A stretch of 64,000 bases of DNA from Antedon mediterranea (lineage: Eukaryota > Animalia > Echinodermata), in NCBI RefSeq assembly GCF_964355755.1, contig NC_092670.1, positions 18,648,795-18,712,794 on the forward strand. Reading direction: 5' to 3'. The notes beneath the pieces were generated by a model. It was not told the DNA's origin and did not search any database. It saw only the letters and a list, made by a program, of their open reading frames with translations. Positions 33,601 through 48,600 of the stretch are shown here, one piece after another; position 1 is the stretch's first letter, and every line of letters begins with the position of its first letter. The position numbers were made by a program, and so were the translations under genes.

Positions 33601-36600
33601 AAGTGTGAAATTACAAAACCGTAGAAATTGGTAAAATAATTGATTGTTCTTATGTTTGCAAACCTCTTAAGCGTCAATCACACTGGACTTCAATTCATCA
33701 AATTAAGCGAGTCAACGCTCAATTGACGAACGAAAGTCCTATCCAGAAGATGGCTGCAATTCGCATGGTTAAATTAACCAAACCCTTGGTTAATTTTACC
33801 GACCACTATCTATCCAGAAACATATCACAGTGTCCGTAAAACTATCCACTATTATTATGAATATAAAAAAACAGTTAAATAGTGTGAATAATCCAAGTGT
33901 GAACAATGGTCAAAAGTATCCATATTTTACTGTAGGTACATACTTGCCATGTCCAGTGCGAACAGGGTTTTAATCAGTGTATGCAGAATGTTATAAATTG
34001 GTAATTTCTGGTCAATATTTATTAATATTAGATACCACTATTTACTGCTCTAGCAATAATAGTAATAAATGTAGAGTAATTAAAAAGTTGGTCAACATTT
34101 TATGCAAAGAGAAAGAGGAAGAAAGGACAATGCAGAATATGGGAATATCGTAGAAGGAAGTGAAAACATGGGAACAGGAAAATAATGGATAACCGGAAAG
34201 CTTGAGAGTATATTAATTATGTTAGAGATGTTGTGTTCCCATAGAATAAATTGCATACTGATACATTACAGTTCTAATATCATCATTCAATGCCATGGGA
34301 ATGGAACATTTTGTAATTTTGTATTGGTTAAAATGTTGTAATCATGATGTATTATTTTGTTTACTGAATCTGGCCTGAACTCTATATCAACTTTAACCTT
34401 TGTCATGAAAGAATTTTACTGTTCTTTATTACACAAATTAAATGAGCAAAATATTGAAATTGTATGCAATTTCTATAGAATTTGAGGGTGTTTGATATAG
34501 CACTGTAATAAAGTACTTTTCTCTGTATTTAAAATTTTATTGGAAATTATTTCATTATGTATGATAAGCCTAACAACTGGTCAAAATAATAATGGCTTTG
34601 TACAAAATAATTGGACACAGGAGAGAAGTAACCTTTAGGTGAACTCTGTCCATAGTGAGTTAACATAGTGGTCAGTGGGCAGAGTTTAATTTGCTCAGTG
34701 GTCAGTAATAGTTTACATACAATGATACTATACAGACTTGTTTTTGATTTGCCAGTTACAAATTAAAGATAGTTATCTATAGATAGTTATCTATCGTACT
34801 GTAGAGCAGTTAGTTTGCAATTGGTCAGTGAGAGTATTGTCCAGTTTATACATGTTTTGCTAACTAGATTTGTAGATATTATCAGTACTACCAGGTGTTA
34901 GTTTATAGTGAGAATGTACTTTGTGCTCATTGGGTGACCATCAATGGGTGACTATCAGCGGGGGTGGGGGGGGGGGGGGGTGGGGGTGACTTTCAGTGAT
35001 CCATGGCCGGTGGGGAATAGTTTATATTTTTATTTTAAAAGTAAATCTAAAACTACTGTTTAAATACAACTGTATAGGGTTTATTAGTGGGATTCAGTAC
35101 AGTACTGTGCAATGGCACTAGTGTTGTTTTCACTGAATTAGTGGCAAAATAAGCGTTAAATACATTCAGCACTTGGTCTGCACTTGTCACGTTCGAATGC
35201 GAGTAGATGGGATTAGTGTTTATTCATCGATGAATCCGTCACGATAGGTGTCATGTCTTTCGGAATCCTCTTGCGCAAGCTTCATTAAATCGCTTTGTTG
35301 CTGAAAAATTATTTGAGGTTTTTAATTCAATACAATTCGTTAATATGATCCATGGATGTTCAGTGAAGCGCGGAAATCTTTGCTAATTTACGGTTTTATT
35401 GATTGTTACGAATTGCAAACTGGGACATGGAGGGATTGGTTGTTGATTCTCTCTGCATGTGATAACTTTCATAGATTTTCAAAAATCTGTTGTCAATAAT
35501 TAACATTACATTACAATCTCTTTCATATTTATTTATTATTATAACATTTTATATTTCATGTTATTTGAAGGCACTATGACGACAATTTTTTCAATAAATT
35601 TTTTATTTTGTTGAAATCATGGTTTTGAAGAAAAAAAAATTCCTAAACCTGATTTTGTCTTGTCAAAAATGTATGATTTACTGTACTGTATTAAAAATAG
35701 AGAAATGTAGTACTCTACTGTAGTAGAAAGAACACCCTTGGGATGAGAGAATGTCCCCTCAATGTACATTAGGTTTTTCCTTGAATAGTTGTGTTTACGT
35801 GAAATATGGAGGCAAAGAGTATTACTCGTATAGGCTGTCTGCTTTCATAGTTTTTATGTGCGAGTCATAGACTCATATGTTCGTTTAAAAGTGAGCTTGA
35901 AACAATGTGGTAAGGTAAAGAATTCCATGTGTTATATGATATGGTATATCGAAGAAAGAAGCTCTGCTGAAAGAGGAGGGAGGTTCTACTATATAACATT
36001 GTAAGATTTTAGAATCCTTCTAATGTGTTTTCTCTGCAGTATCTTTCAAGACCTACCTTTATGGAAATTGCCTATGAACAGTTTGACTCCAAATTATCCA
36101 TGTTTATGACGGCAATTTCTTGCTAATCACATGAAAACGATGTCAATTAAAGCGGTGGTAATTCCTTTAAATCGTTAAATCTTGGGTAATTGATTGTTAT
36201 ACATGGATATCATCTTGCAAGTAATGTTCTTAATTAGCTTTTGAGTAGAGGGCAAGTCCCGTCACCTATGATACTTGATAAGTAAAGTAAATATAATGAG
36301 AAATATCTGAAGAATGCACTTTGCTTAAGTACATGCTTAAAATCTTCACATGTGAGTTTACTTTACAGAAGATTTCGTTGTAAACTGTGGCTGTGGTAGA
36401 ATGTGATTACTGTCATTAACACTAGTGTCAAATCTTGGACAGTACTTGGACAGTTTTTTCTACTTATGATGAAAGACCAATCAGAATAGATGTTTAAACA
36501 CAACCTACTATATCCCCACCCCATATAGCAACTCCACCTTTCAAAACAATATGAAAAGAACAACTATTAAACAACAAAATCCTCTATTTGGCAATCTTAC

Positions 36601-39600
36601 TGTACAGACAAAAATAGATATAATATTAATACATTTGTTAATTGTTAAAAAACTAAATTTTGTAACCAAAAATAAACCGAAAAGCGTGCTTAAAAAGCCC
36701 TAAGGAATGTCAGTGGTCACGGAAAAACATTACTATACTATGTTTGTGGTTAGTTGGTACTTAACAGTAACACCAACACCTATAGAGTTTAATACAAAAC
36801 TGTATATTATCTAAACTATATAATTATCTATAAGGGACTTTGACCTTCAGTGTTTGATGAAGGTTTTTTTATATACCCAGGTACAATGTACTTTGTAGTT
36901 TGCGGTTGCCAAATACTGTACGCACAACAGATATGTATAGGAACGCCTGCAGGAAATAGTTGACGCTTTGCAAGGCAATATTAAGGATTATGTTTGATTC
37001 GCATGAGTTGAATTGAAGTGCTTGCTATATCTAATAACAAATTATATAGCTATCCATGGTTAAAATATAATTTGTTTTTACTCATACTTTTTGTAACAAT
37101 CATCATAATGCAACGGGTGGTTACAACTTTAATTTATTTTTACTTGTTGTACTATTGTAACAACAAATAGCTATTATAATACAATAGACTGGTTACAATT
37201 TAATTTGTTTTTAGCAATTGAGTTTGTAGAAATAGCAATGGCTGGTTTTAATTTGTTGTTGGATGCTATTTAATACAAAGAACTAATTTATAAGGCATCT
37301 ACTGTATGTATCGATGTAAATTGGGGGGGGGGGGGGGTAGGATAGGGGTTGATAGTTGCTTTTGCCTTTTTTTACTTTTCTGTTAATTGTTATATTTTAT
37401 ATTGTGAAGGATGCACCTTTGTGCTAAGTGTGCCACCGATCTAAAGGTGTAATTCCAAATAAATAAATAAATAAATAAGGCAAATTGTGGTTGTGTTTTT
37501 TTTGGGTCACAAATAAATAACAAGTTTTATTTGTGGTTGTGGTGACTATGGTGTTAGTGTTGTACTGTACAGTGTACCAGTACCAGAACTTGGTAGTGTG
37601 TTGGTAATTTCTTTACACACTTGTGAGAGTGTTACGATATTGCTTTAATAAACAAAATGTTGATGAAAAACTGTACAGTATGCCTTTATTGTATTCAACG
37701 CTATAAATAATTGGTCTATAGTACAATAAATTTACAAATGGCTTGTTTGTTTTTGGCCTTTTGAAGTGAGGTAAGGAGTTGAACATATGTCTACGTTCTT
37801 GGTTTTATCTATACGCTACAAATGGTTTGCATGTTTTTGGCTTTTTTGACTTGAAGTAAATACTGTAGTAGGAACAATATTATGTCTACATTCTTGGTTC
37901 TATCTATAAGAATAGTGTATTTGTCTACGTTCTTAGTTACACACTAAAAATGGTTATTTTTTTTTACTTTTTGAAGAGTAGGTACATATTGTGTCTATAT
38001 TCTTGGTTCTATAAGCTACAAATGGTTTGTTTTGTGGCTATTTGACATTAGGTAAAGAGGAAGAACATAATTATTATATCTACACTCTTGGTTCTATCTA
38101 TGCACTACAAATGGTTCGTTTGTTTTGGTTTTTGACGTGAGGTAAAAAGTAGTAACATTTGTGTCTACATTCTTGGTTCTATTACAAAGCTACAAATAGT
38201 TTGTTTGTTAAATTGAAGCTTAGTATTAAATAACCTGGTGCGTCAACATCAACCCCTGTGGTGTGGAGATGGCAAAAACTGGTACTTGACCTTACCATAC
38301 TGTATAGAAAATCATACAATACTGTTATTGTACTGAATACTAGAGTATGTAATTAAACAGTATACTTGGTAAATACATGGTATAATTGATACAATTTGAA
38401 GAAGTCTATTTTAGAAAAACTATTATCAATATCCATAATGAATAAATTATACTGCTGAACCATAAATTGTTTTCTGGCATTTTTGGCCTTTTTTTGTAAA
38501 ATGACAATATAACCTATGATAAAGAAACACTTTAGAATAGTTAATAAACTTAATAGGGAATTGAACACACTAACCGTACTTTGCACTGTATCCATAGGCA
38601 CACTATACTAAAGACTGCTTTTTATATAAAGCAAGTATTTGTGGTTTCATTATATGGACTCTATACAATATAGATTACATCCTGTATGGGACCACTTGAC
38701 CCAATCTGACCAGTAGCTATTTATGGCATGTTAAGCTTAATATTTAAAACTTCAAGTGTTGCGTAGTAAGAAGTTTGATTCACATGAATTCACACTTCCA
38801 GATTAGGGTATTGCTAAACTGCGTACCCACACTGCCAATACCATACTCGGCCATGGATCCAATTTTGTAAAAAGAGAGGCTTTGATTTTATTTGATGCCA
38901 TGTTTGTACAGTGATTGCTATTGAGACTTGAATAATACAATTTTGCATATTTTAACCTTAAAAGTGAAATGAGCTAAATGAAAATTTTCCAATTCAATAC
39001 CTGCCTCTGTACATTTGATGTCGTCACACATGCACAAGCACATTTCAAAGTTTGATAATGCTTCTGTGTGAACACTTATTTTAGTAGTGTTGATACTTTT
39101 TTCAAACTGTTCACGCCGCTCCTAAAGAGAAGAAAGCATTAGGAAACAGTTACCATGTGGTAGCTTATAGTTTACTACGAAAATGGGTATTTGGAAACTC
39201 AGACTGGGCATGTGCACACCCTAAAACACGTCTGGGAAAAAAGAGTCTATGAAAACATTTGCTGATACATTTTGAGATGCATGTAAATGGTAGTTATCAT
39301 GAGATGAGCGGCGTTTTTTGTAAGAAATGTTTCTTGTTGCATTTGGTCTATGTTTCTTGTTGCATTTGGTCTATGTTTCTTGTTGCATTTGGTCTATGTT
39401 TCAAATTTAAACATTTCGATGGAATGATTTATAAATGTAAATTTGACAATTTAATACATCTGTACATTTGATCACACTAGTACAGTACATTTACTTTGCT
39501 GACAGGTATTGCCCATTTCTGCCTCAAGTGTTGATCTAGCTGTGCATATATAAATTACAAGTAGAGATATCCATTCAACTACTTAAAATACTTCACATTT

Positions 39601-42600
39601 TAAGATTTAAATTGTAATCAATTTTTTACTTAGAACCAGGTCAGTACTTCGATACAAGTCATGTGATTAAAATTTACTTATTTTCTTTTTTAAAAAGCTT
39701 TCATCTTCAGAATTTAATGAAGCATGCAACTACATTTTATTCATTTTAGTTCTTTTTCAAAGGTTTTAAAAAGAATATTTTTATTGAGGTCTTCTAAAAG
39801 AATTATCAAAAGCTATAATATAAACTACTGTACTTCCTCTATCATCTACATGTGTACCATATTAACAGATTTAAAATTAATTTGCATTACACTACACTAC
39901 TGTTCAGATAAAAACACATTTTGTCTCAATATACTCTAACATTATAGTTTATTAATATTATCCCTTACACTTTACAGTACCTATAGATTTCAGAATTTAG
40001 TATTAGACAAGCACTTCTTCACCAGAAATATATCGGGTAAACTGTGTATTATTTTTGTGTTTGAAAACAGAACAAGCCCAAATGCAACTTTCATTAACTG
40101 CGATAGATCGCAATTTAACTCTGATAGATCGCAATTTAACTCGGATAGATCGCAATTTAACTCTGATAGATCTCAATTTAATTCTGATAGATCGCAATTT
40201 AACTCCGATTGATCGCAATTTAACTCTGATAGGTCATAATTTAACTCCGATAGACTGCAATTTAACTCCGATAGATCGCAATTTAACTCCGATAGATCGC
40301 AATTTAACTCCGATAGATCGCAATTTAACTCTGATAGAGAAACGAGTAATATAGCTAAAATTGTTACTTAATGATACAGTATCAAACATAGAATGATGCA
40401 ATGATATTTGTAAAACATTAGATGTCATTTAACATCAATAACATTTCACCATTGGCATCATGCTTTTGGATGAGTCAGTCAAGAGAAGAGGAGATCAACA
40501 TAATTATTGTTGAGTTATACAACATGCTCTGTCTAATAACTACTCTATGTTTTTTGAGTATTTTATAATGATGGAAATTTAAATTACTACTGTTGATGAT
40601 GTACTGTATCATTCGCTGTAACATAACATTTTAGTTAATGTGGTGCGACCCTGCCTCACAATAATTTTGCTGTACTGAACACACTACTTACGATAGAAGA
40701 ATGCTTTCTCAAAAAAATGCTGTTTTTTATATTCTGTAGCTACTGCATCTTTCCATGACATTACCAGCCCGCCTCACCGAAGATAAAGAGAGATTATATA
40801 ATATGAAAATAATACTGTACTTATGACTATAGTTAGTACTGAAGTCTATTTTGTGCCTATCTTACCTGGATAAACCGACATTGGCCTATTCTCTCCGAGA
40901 CGAGAGCTACAACTCTAACATAATAATAATATGGATTTATATAGTGCACATACCACTCAAGAGTGCTCAATTCAATATCCAATATAATTATGGCCTAATA
41001 ATATGCAATGTCTGGAAGATATACAATTTATGAAACATTCCTATCACATAAATGTGAAAATTCTATGAACCCTGTCCTCAAGTGGGAGTTTAGTAATTAG
41101 TAATACCCCTACTGTCCTTATTTCTGCATTACTGATTATATAGACTCAAACCAATGATCTCCAGATCACTGACCTGCTACCATACTATTGGACCCTACTT
41201 GATTGACAACAGTCATCCACACAAATTGTGTGTAAATACATGGCAATAGTTGGTCACTCAGTGGTCAATGTTGGCATGACCCCTTGTGATAATAACCATA
41301 TGATATTTTGGTATTTAAACTTGAGATTTGTTCAAGGTTCTATGGATTTGATCCCATTAGAATTGTATCATAAAAGAGATTATCTTGTCCAGAGGGATCT
41401 GTAAAACTGACCATTAAAAAATACCCATAATTTACAGTGTACAACTTCAAGATTTGCTTTTATGTTCTCATTTTGTTAAAAACTTTAAATACAAATCGTA
41501 CATTATTATAACAATGTCTAAAGCTCTGTCTACTCTATCAAACTAGTTTGACAAAAAAAGTGTTGTGCCCATCCAAATATGGTAGTGATATGACATCATC
41601 GTGTCCATATATGGACACAAACACAAATAAGTTAAATCAAGTAAAGCATTCTTTTCAGTTTAGTTGTTAAAGGTTAGTAGATAGAATGTTAGATGGAGAA
41701 CCACTCCTCAGCAAATAACCTTTTCAACCATTTGCAAGAAATGAATGTTTGTTTAAAGTATTGTACAGTATCTGTGATATGATAATATTTTAAATATACC
41801 AGCTGGCTATGGAAATATTATTTATGAAGTTCTACAGTTCTATTAAGTGTAGATGTACAATATTATGTTGTCACTCTTGATGGATGATATTTTAGCAAGA
41901 TGATGCTAATAGTGGTAGTTCACAGCAGGAGAAACTTATTAAATGCCAACCCTAGAATTGCATTATGCATTACGATACCAGTTAAACTTGAGACACCTGG
42001 TCATGCTTGACTGCATCGGATGATATAGAGTAACAACATATTATTGTTCTATGGAAGAATGTTCTTCATTTGACTTGGAAGATGTAATGCAACTATAAAG
42101 TGTCCAACTTTGAAATCTGGAAAAGTGTATTAAAATGCTAAATTTTCAATCAGACAAATAATAATAAATATGTGTTACCACACAAAAGCTCTCTCAGTGG
42201 GCCATTTCTTTGTAGTATATTATAGTATCATTGGTATAAATTAATATTTTAATAACCTTGATTATAAAAGACTTTGCTATGTACTGTATATTTTGAAATG
42301 TAAACAGTATTTTATCAACATTACAATGGGATCATCCTACTTGAAGTTCTTGTAAACTGGAGGTAATCCATTGTATGAGAAGGGATTTAATGTTCAAAAG
42401 TAAATTTACCATGTTTATTAATGTTTACAATACTAAACTGTGACCTCATTGTTCTACAGTACTCAAACTATAATAGGACATACAGTTCAAGTACAGTGTA
42501 CAGTATTGTATGTAGTATTGTACTATGTACACAATGTTAGTTTCTAGGTCATACTTGTATGGTAACCTTTACTTACAATTTATTTAAGCATTTTAGTGTA

Positions 42601-45600
42601 TAATGTCTGTAGTAGTTTCTAGGCTAAACCATTTACTACGTCGTCCACAAGTTTTGTGTTCAACAATAATAGTGATTATACAATACACACAAAAGAATTG
42701 TGTATAGGCTGACAGGTAGAAGAGGGTTTTTCTGCTGTATTTAGACCTTGACCTTAGCACAGGGATTATGGTGGTGCTGTAGGAACAGTATGCTAGTAAA
42801 AACCAACCTCAAAACACTGGATATACGTCGTCGTCATTGTGTTCTGTCAAATATAGAAACATCTGTAATGTCTTTAAAATTAATCTTAAAAGAAATAGTT
42901 GCCTATTATGTATGCAAACTTGAAATCATTAAGGTACATAATATGGTCTGAAAACATTGGTAAACAAACATTTTGCTGCAGTCACTTATGGTAGCTCCTA
43001 AATGAGACTGTTCAGCTACTGTACATTTACTATAAAATCTTAAAAGTAAAGTGAATGATACAACAAATATTTTAAAAACCGCTGTTAAATCATTATTAAT
43101 TAATATATCGCTTCTTGATTAGTCTGAACAAATATGTTCGGTCTTTTTCAAGTAGCCTTTCGGCAGTTAACCTACTATTACAGGCGTGCGTCTCAAAGTA
43201 TTGCCGCTCTGTCGGAGTGTTTATAGTTAGACTTAATCAATACCATTATCTCCTTGTTAACTCACAGCTATAATTGATATTCAATAAAGCAAACTACATC
43301 GTTATTGTAGCTTTGTTGTTTTAATATGAAAATCTATATTAACCAATATTTAATTAAGTTTCTTTGTTTGTCGCTGATGAAAATGTAGGGTGGATTTGTT
43401 TTCAGACAAAGTTGCAATAAAGACACTATAAAAGTAAAAACATTGTTGAAATGGTATACATGTTGTTACAAGTCCTTTAGTGCTTGTAGCTGCAGCAGTA
43501 TTGGGGTCACAAATGTTGGGGGCCGTTTCAGTCGGTGGCCATTTCGGTCACACACCGTTTAAATTCTTTATTGTCCTAGTGTTTCGTTAACAAAATAATT
43601 GAAATTGTAGGGTCATTATCCTGACACTTCATTAAAGACCGGGTTTGAAATGGGCCAGAAGACCAGGGTAATGACCCAGTACTCTTCCCAAAAAAAATGT
43701 GGAGTGCCTTGAACCTTGGCTGATATCATGGAAGTAGTTGTAGTGTTGCTGTCTTAAACTGCTCAGCCACTCGACTCGAAATTTAGGAAGATGGTTACGT
43801 AACTGTAGATGATCCAAGCAACAAAAGCCTAATTCTGCTCAATTTGAAGGAAGACTACTACCAGCTGTGCCACTATGCAAGTTAGAACCCATATCTCTGA
43901 GAATATTTGTCTCATTTCAAATAATATTTTCTATGAAAATAATACATTATTACAGACAGACGTACTAAAGCGTTTGTTTTATATCTTTTTACCCTTCATT
44001 GCATCATTTAAATTTATTGTTGTATTTATTAAATAGAGAAATTTTAATGATAGTTATCTAATTAATAGCCTTCTATCAACATTACAATCTATTGTTATCG
44101 TTTACAATAATCAAATTATTCTCCCACTGTGGCTCCAAGAAGTTTGCCATACCGTATCACATGATTAAGTAAACATGAAACTGTCTCGATATTGCGTGTC
44201 ATTATATAATTACACTGACAGTGATAGTACTTTAAATATTTGATTCTTACAGTACAATTGATCAACTAGACTGTAAGGCTATTTGATACTGTAGGATTAC
44301 TTACCTGGATAAACCAACTGATTCATGTATTTATAGGAGATGTAAATAGATAATAGGGAGGTTTTACCACCTTACGAATACGATAACGAAAACAGATACG
44401 TCTCACATTTGTGAAGTTCATACCCATTTTATATTCGTAAAGCGTATACGTGTTGACGAATATCACCAGTCATATTTGTAACTACAAAACGAGTATAGTT
44501 CTATTTTGCACATTTTGCATTTGATTCAGGGGATCAATGATTCATGATTATATAATTATAGATTTATTGAAAGTAATTTACGAAAATTTATTTACTAAAA
44601 ATGTCAGGTAAATTTTGTTTAAAATTAAGTTTTTAAAGTCCTCCCTCGCTTTGATGTTACACTAGGCTTAGGCAGCCAAGCACCACGTACCTGCGCTTCG
44701 TTAAATTTTACAGCAGTCATTCATTTTCATGCAAAACAGATGTTTACTGGCTTACAAAAACGAATATGTGTGTGTGTGTGTGATGTTTTCGTTATCGTAT
44801 TCGTATCGTTGCGAACATCCCTATTTTCAGATTTTCCCTCTGAGGTAGTAAGGCTGATCATTATCCAGTATACTTTGTTACAACATTTACATAATTGCTT
44901 ATTGTTTGTTTTGAAATTAATCAGTTGCTAGAGATGTTATATTCAAATTAATTGGTTGCTAAGGTCAGCGTTATAAACTCTGGTTATAAAGATAAACTAA
45001 TTACTGTATGGAATTAGATTACTCTTCTTTACTCTCTGATGAAAGGTAAGTAGAAATAACGTAGTAAACATACTAAATATTTTTATCGTTTTATCGTTAT
45101 TGATTAATTATACTAGCTTACCCTCTTAAAATAGATCGTAGAAAAGTATGTAAATAAATGCAATATCATCTTTTACAATATGAACTAAATACTAAATTTC
45201 ATATAAAATTTTGTTTTAAAAACAACAATTATTTTGAGTACACTTGTGTGTATTAAATTATTGATTAAAGAATTTTCCTTTCAGCTCTTCAAATAATTTG
45301 ATACAATAAGCCTTTTGTGTCTCTGTCCTTGTAAACATTGTGTTGGTAACACTAGGCATTGAAACTGATTGTCAAGATGGATTTGTTTCCTTATTAGATC
45401 TATTTATATTGGTTTTCATCAGGGAATGAATGTCACAAAGAAAGAGTTCACAGTTGTTTCTTGATCGCTGCTTCATTAAGCTCTGTCTACACTATCAAAC
45501 TTTATTATGTGACAAAAAAATGTGATGTGCCCATATATGCACATGATGATGTCATATCACTACAATATTTGGGCATATCATTACCATATTTGGGCACATC

Positions 45601-48600
45601 AAACTAGTTTGATAGTGTATAATAATAATAATATATACGAATTTGCAAAGCACCAATTCCAGCAACAATTAGTGATCAAAGGCGCTGTGGACTTAGATGT
45701 TACATCTTTTCAAGTAGGAAGAGTCAGAGTTTACACCAGACATTGACTCCTCACAATGTCATCTTCAGTACGCAATTGATGTTTTTATGTACTCATTGCA
45801 TCATAGTCTTTTGTACAATATGCTTGCCTAAAAGTTCAATTTACAAACCTGGAGCAGGTCACATGATCTAATGACATCACAATACTGTGAATGATGTCAT
45901 AAAGATTATACTATAACAGTATAATGAGAAGACAACAGGATGTAGAAATGGTTTGAAGTTTAGTTCAGATGTTTGCCAAGCACTTAATATATAGATTATC
46001 TTTATATGGTGTGAACTTCTACTAACTTCAAGTACAGTATGATAAGAAAAAATAATTATTTTATCTGTAAATATTGAAGTTGAGTGATGAATATTTATCT
46101 AGCTATTCTTTTAAGCCCTGTCTACACTATTAAACTTTATGTGAAAAAAAAAATGTGATGTGCCCATATATGGACATGATGATGTCATATCACTACCATA
46201 TTTAAGCATATCACTACCATATTTGGCCACATCACACTTTTTTTGTCCAACTAATTTGTAGACAGAGCTTTATATTGGAAATGTTACGTATCAATAGAAA
46301 TTGTGTACTATTTTTTTACTGCTTCAAAAGGAAACTGCAATTATTAATCAAAGTGACTGTACTTCAGTGAACAAAAACTGACTTTTTCTACCAAACTTTT
46401 AAAGGTCAGAAAGGCGGTTGTATTGATGCATATTTGTAAATTACGTCCGCTCTTAAAATACTTCTTTTTGTGGATGCTTTTTATAGTTATAAATGGAAAT
46501 TGATCCATCTTCACTTTTGTTTTATGGTGGACTAAATGTGTCCAAACATTTGGTTTTATAGGCAAAACAAACTTTGGTCAACATTCTGTAGTATCTAAAT
46601 GAAACTAAAAAGCATCTTTTTTTTTAAATGTTTAGCTTCGGAATAGTTTATATCTTGGATTTTGTTTGATTTTCTCTGCTACTGTACAGTGTTGGACTAC
46701 CATTAACTTGGAACTTAACTAAGAAGGGAAAGATATATAAGACTTTAATTCTACAAGTTTATACTTGTGTTTGTCATGGATATTCTTTATTTTGTTGTGA
46801 TATTTTCTATAGTATATTTTGTGTGCCTAACCTTATTTTGTTCCATTGTTTCCTGTGATTTTTTAAGTTTTTACGTTTTTTATTATTCAACAACACTATA
46901 TAGGAATATGTGTTGTATCACTTGTGTAATCCAGTGATGCTACTGTACTAATTAGCATAACATTATTCATACATAAATTATACTCCTGACGACATACATC
47001 TTAATCCTTTAAATCGTCATGCATACTGTATCAAATGTGTAAAAATGTTTCAGTTCAAATTTAAAATGAATCTATACAAATGGATTGTCTATACAGTCAT
47101 CATTTTCCATTTTTCTCTTTTTTTTTCCTGACTTATCAATTGCACGCAGCTATCTTTTTTAAAGTTAAGGTACTCAAACAACAAATAAAAGTAAAGAATA
47201 CAAAGTGGGTGAAAGTATTGTGAGGTTTGTACAGTTTATGTAGGCTGCTTCAGTGAAAATTGAGCTCTGGCTGGAAAACCTTTAAATAAATTTAAGACTT
47301 GGTGAAAGAACTTGATACCAAGTAGCTTGGCCACCTCCACCAACTGTAGCACAACCAACAGTAGACAATGAGTGCAAAAGGGTGAGAAATTAATTTGGAA
47401 ATGTGTTTCTTACACCTGATCATCATAACTCTGTCATCGGTGTCATATTTGATAACTTTCTAGACATGTCGAGAAATTGTTATTTCCTGACTCTAACACC
47501 TGTGTTTGGATAAAAGTTTAATGTGTTATAGGGGACTACTACTACTACTGTACTGTACTTTCAGACATGGTACACAGTGATCAATTATTTACAATTTATC
47601 TATAAGCTTGCAAAAGGCACATGGAACCATGAAAAAACCATTGTAGTAAAATTGTAGTAGTTTTACCTAATCTCTGATGTTCTTTAACTTTATTTATACA
47701 ATTGGGTGCACCGGCCTAGAAAACATAAAATTGTCTTAACTGAGATTACTATAAAAGTGATTTCTAAAGATTAAAGTTTTGCTTCACATTTCTTGTCTTG
47801 GGCTAGAGAAACATGTTTATTTTTTTTTTTTTGTATAAAGTTTTGGTCTGGATGTAGGCCTCTCTCTAGCCAGTTCAGATGAGTGTTTAACAATCATTTT
47901 TTTTTTCTGAATCAGGGTTTTCCCGGGTATAGTGACACCCCCCCCCCCCCCATAGTCGACCCAATTTTGTGTTTTAGTGGGGTGGGATTATACCAGAAAA
48001 GATATACGGTAGTAGTTTTTTGACTTTTTGAAAAGTGTTAATTTTATTTTTTTATCGTCTATAGCCAGGTCAATAAACTTCCTAAATACTTTTTGGTTGA
48101 TTGATTGATTGATTAATTTCTTAATTGATTACAGGTGTAATTACTTGCCCATATCCTTGGCTTCACACTACCATCCACATCCGGTTCACTAAACTTAAAA
48201 GAATTTTTCATTACAACTTATTAGGTTTGTTGGCAGAAAGGAATGTACAAAACTTCTGCCTGATTGAGTTTTAACCGTGAATACAAAAAATAAGGTTTAA
48301 AAATAAATTTGTTTGTACTGTATAGAATTTTTATTTATTTAAAAATATTTTGAAGTGTTTTTTTTTAAACTTTAAATATATATATAATTTTCAAGTTTTT
48401 ACGTGTTGATATATACTTGTATATCTCTACAAGTAACCTCCGGCTAAAACAAACAAAATTAAATATTCTAGAATAAAAGTTAAATGTACTGGTATGTTTT
48501 ACATACTAATTTAGGCGCAGTGTGTAAGTTAATTGTATTGTTTTGCTTTATCAAAACATAAAAGGAAAAACCATATCAAATCCTCTAGTGTAGTGGAGAA

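Noticed and set aside
34959-34988. G-run with G-quadruplex potential (also 37323-37338 and a C-run near 47938)
   Set aside because: Simple homopolymer tracts with no evidence of function
40003-40428. ORFs on both strands (IDRNLTP / VKLRSI repeats) resembling a coiled-coil or beta-helix protein
   Set aside because: A 21-bp tandem repeat that happens to lack stops; no splice sites or unique coding flanks
43610-43880. Possible degenerate minus-strand SINE (GGGAAGAGTACTGGGTCATTACCC)
   Set aside because: Too decayed to define promoter boxes or ends
45008-47381. Possible alternative MPRIP exons: 45008-45045 (MELDYSSLLSDE, donor GTAAGT) and 47297-47381 (..YQVAWPPPPTVAQPTVDNECKR, donor GTGAG)
   Set aside because: The frame joining exon 3 has an in-frame TGA at 47313 and the acceptor lacks a pyrimidine tract; no SECIS seen. 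Could still be non-coding or alternative 5' exons, but unsupported without RNA data.
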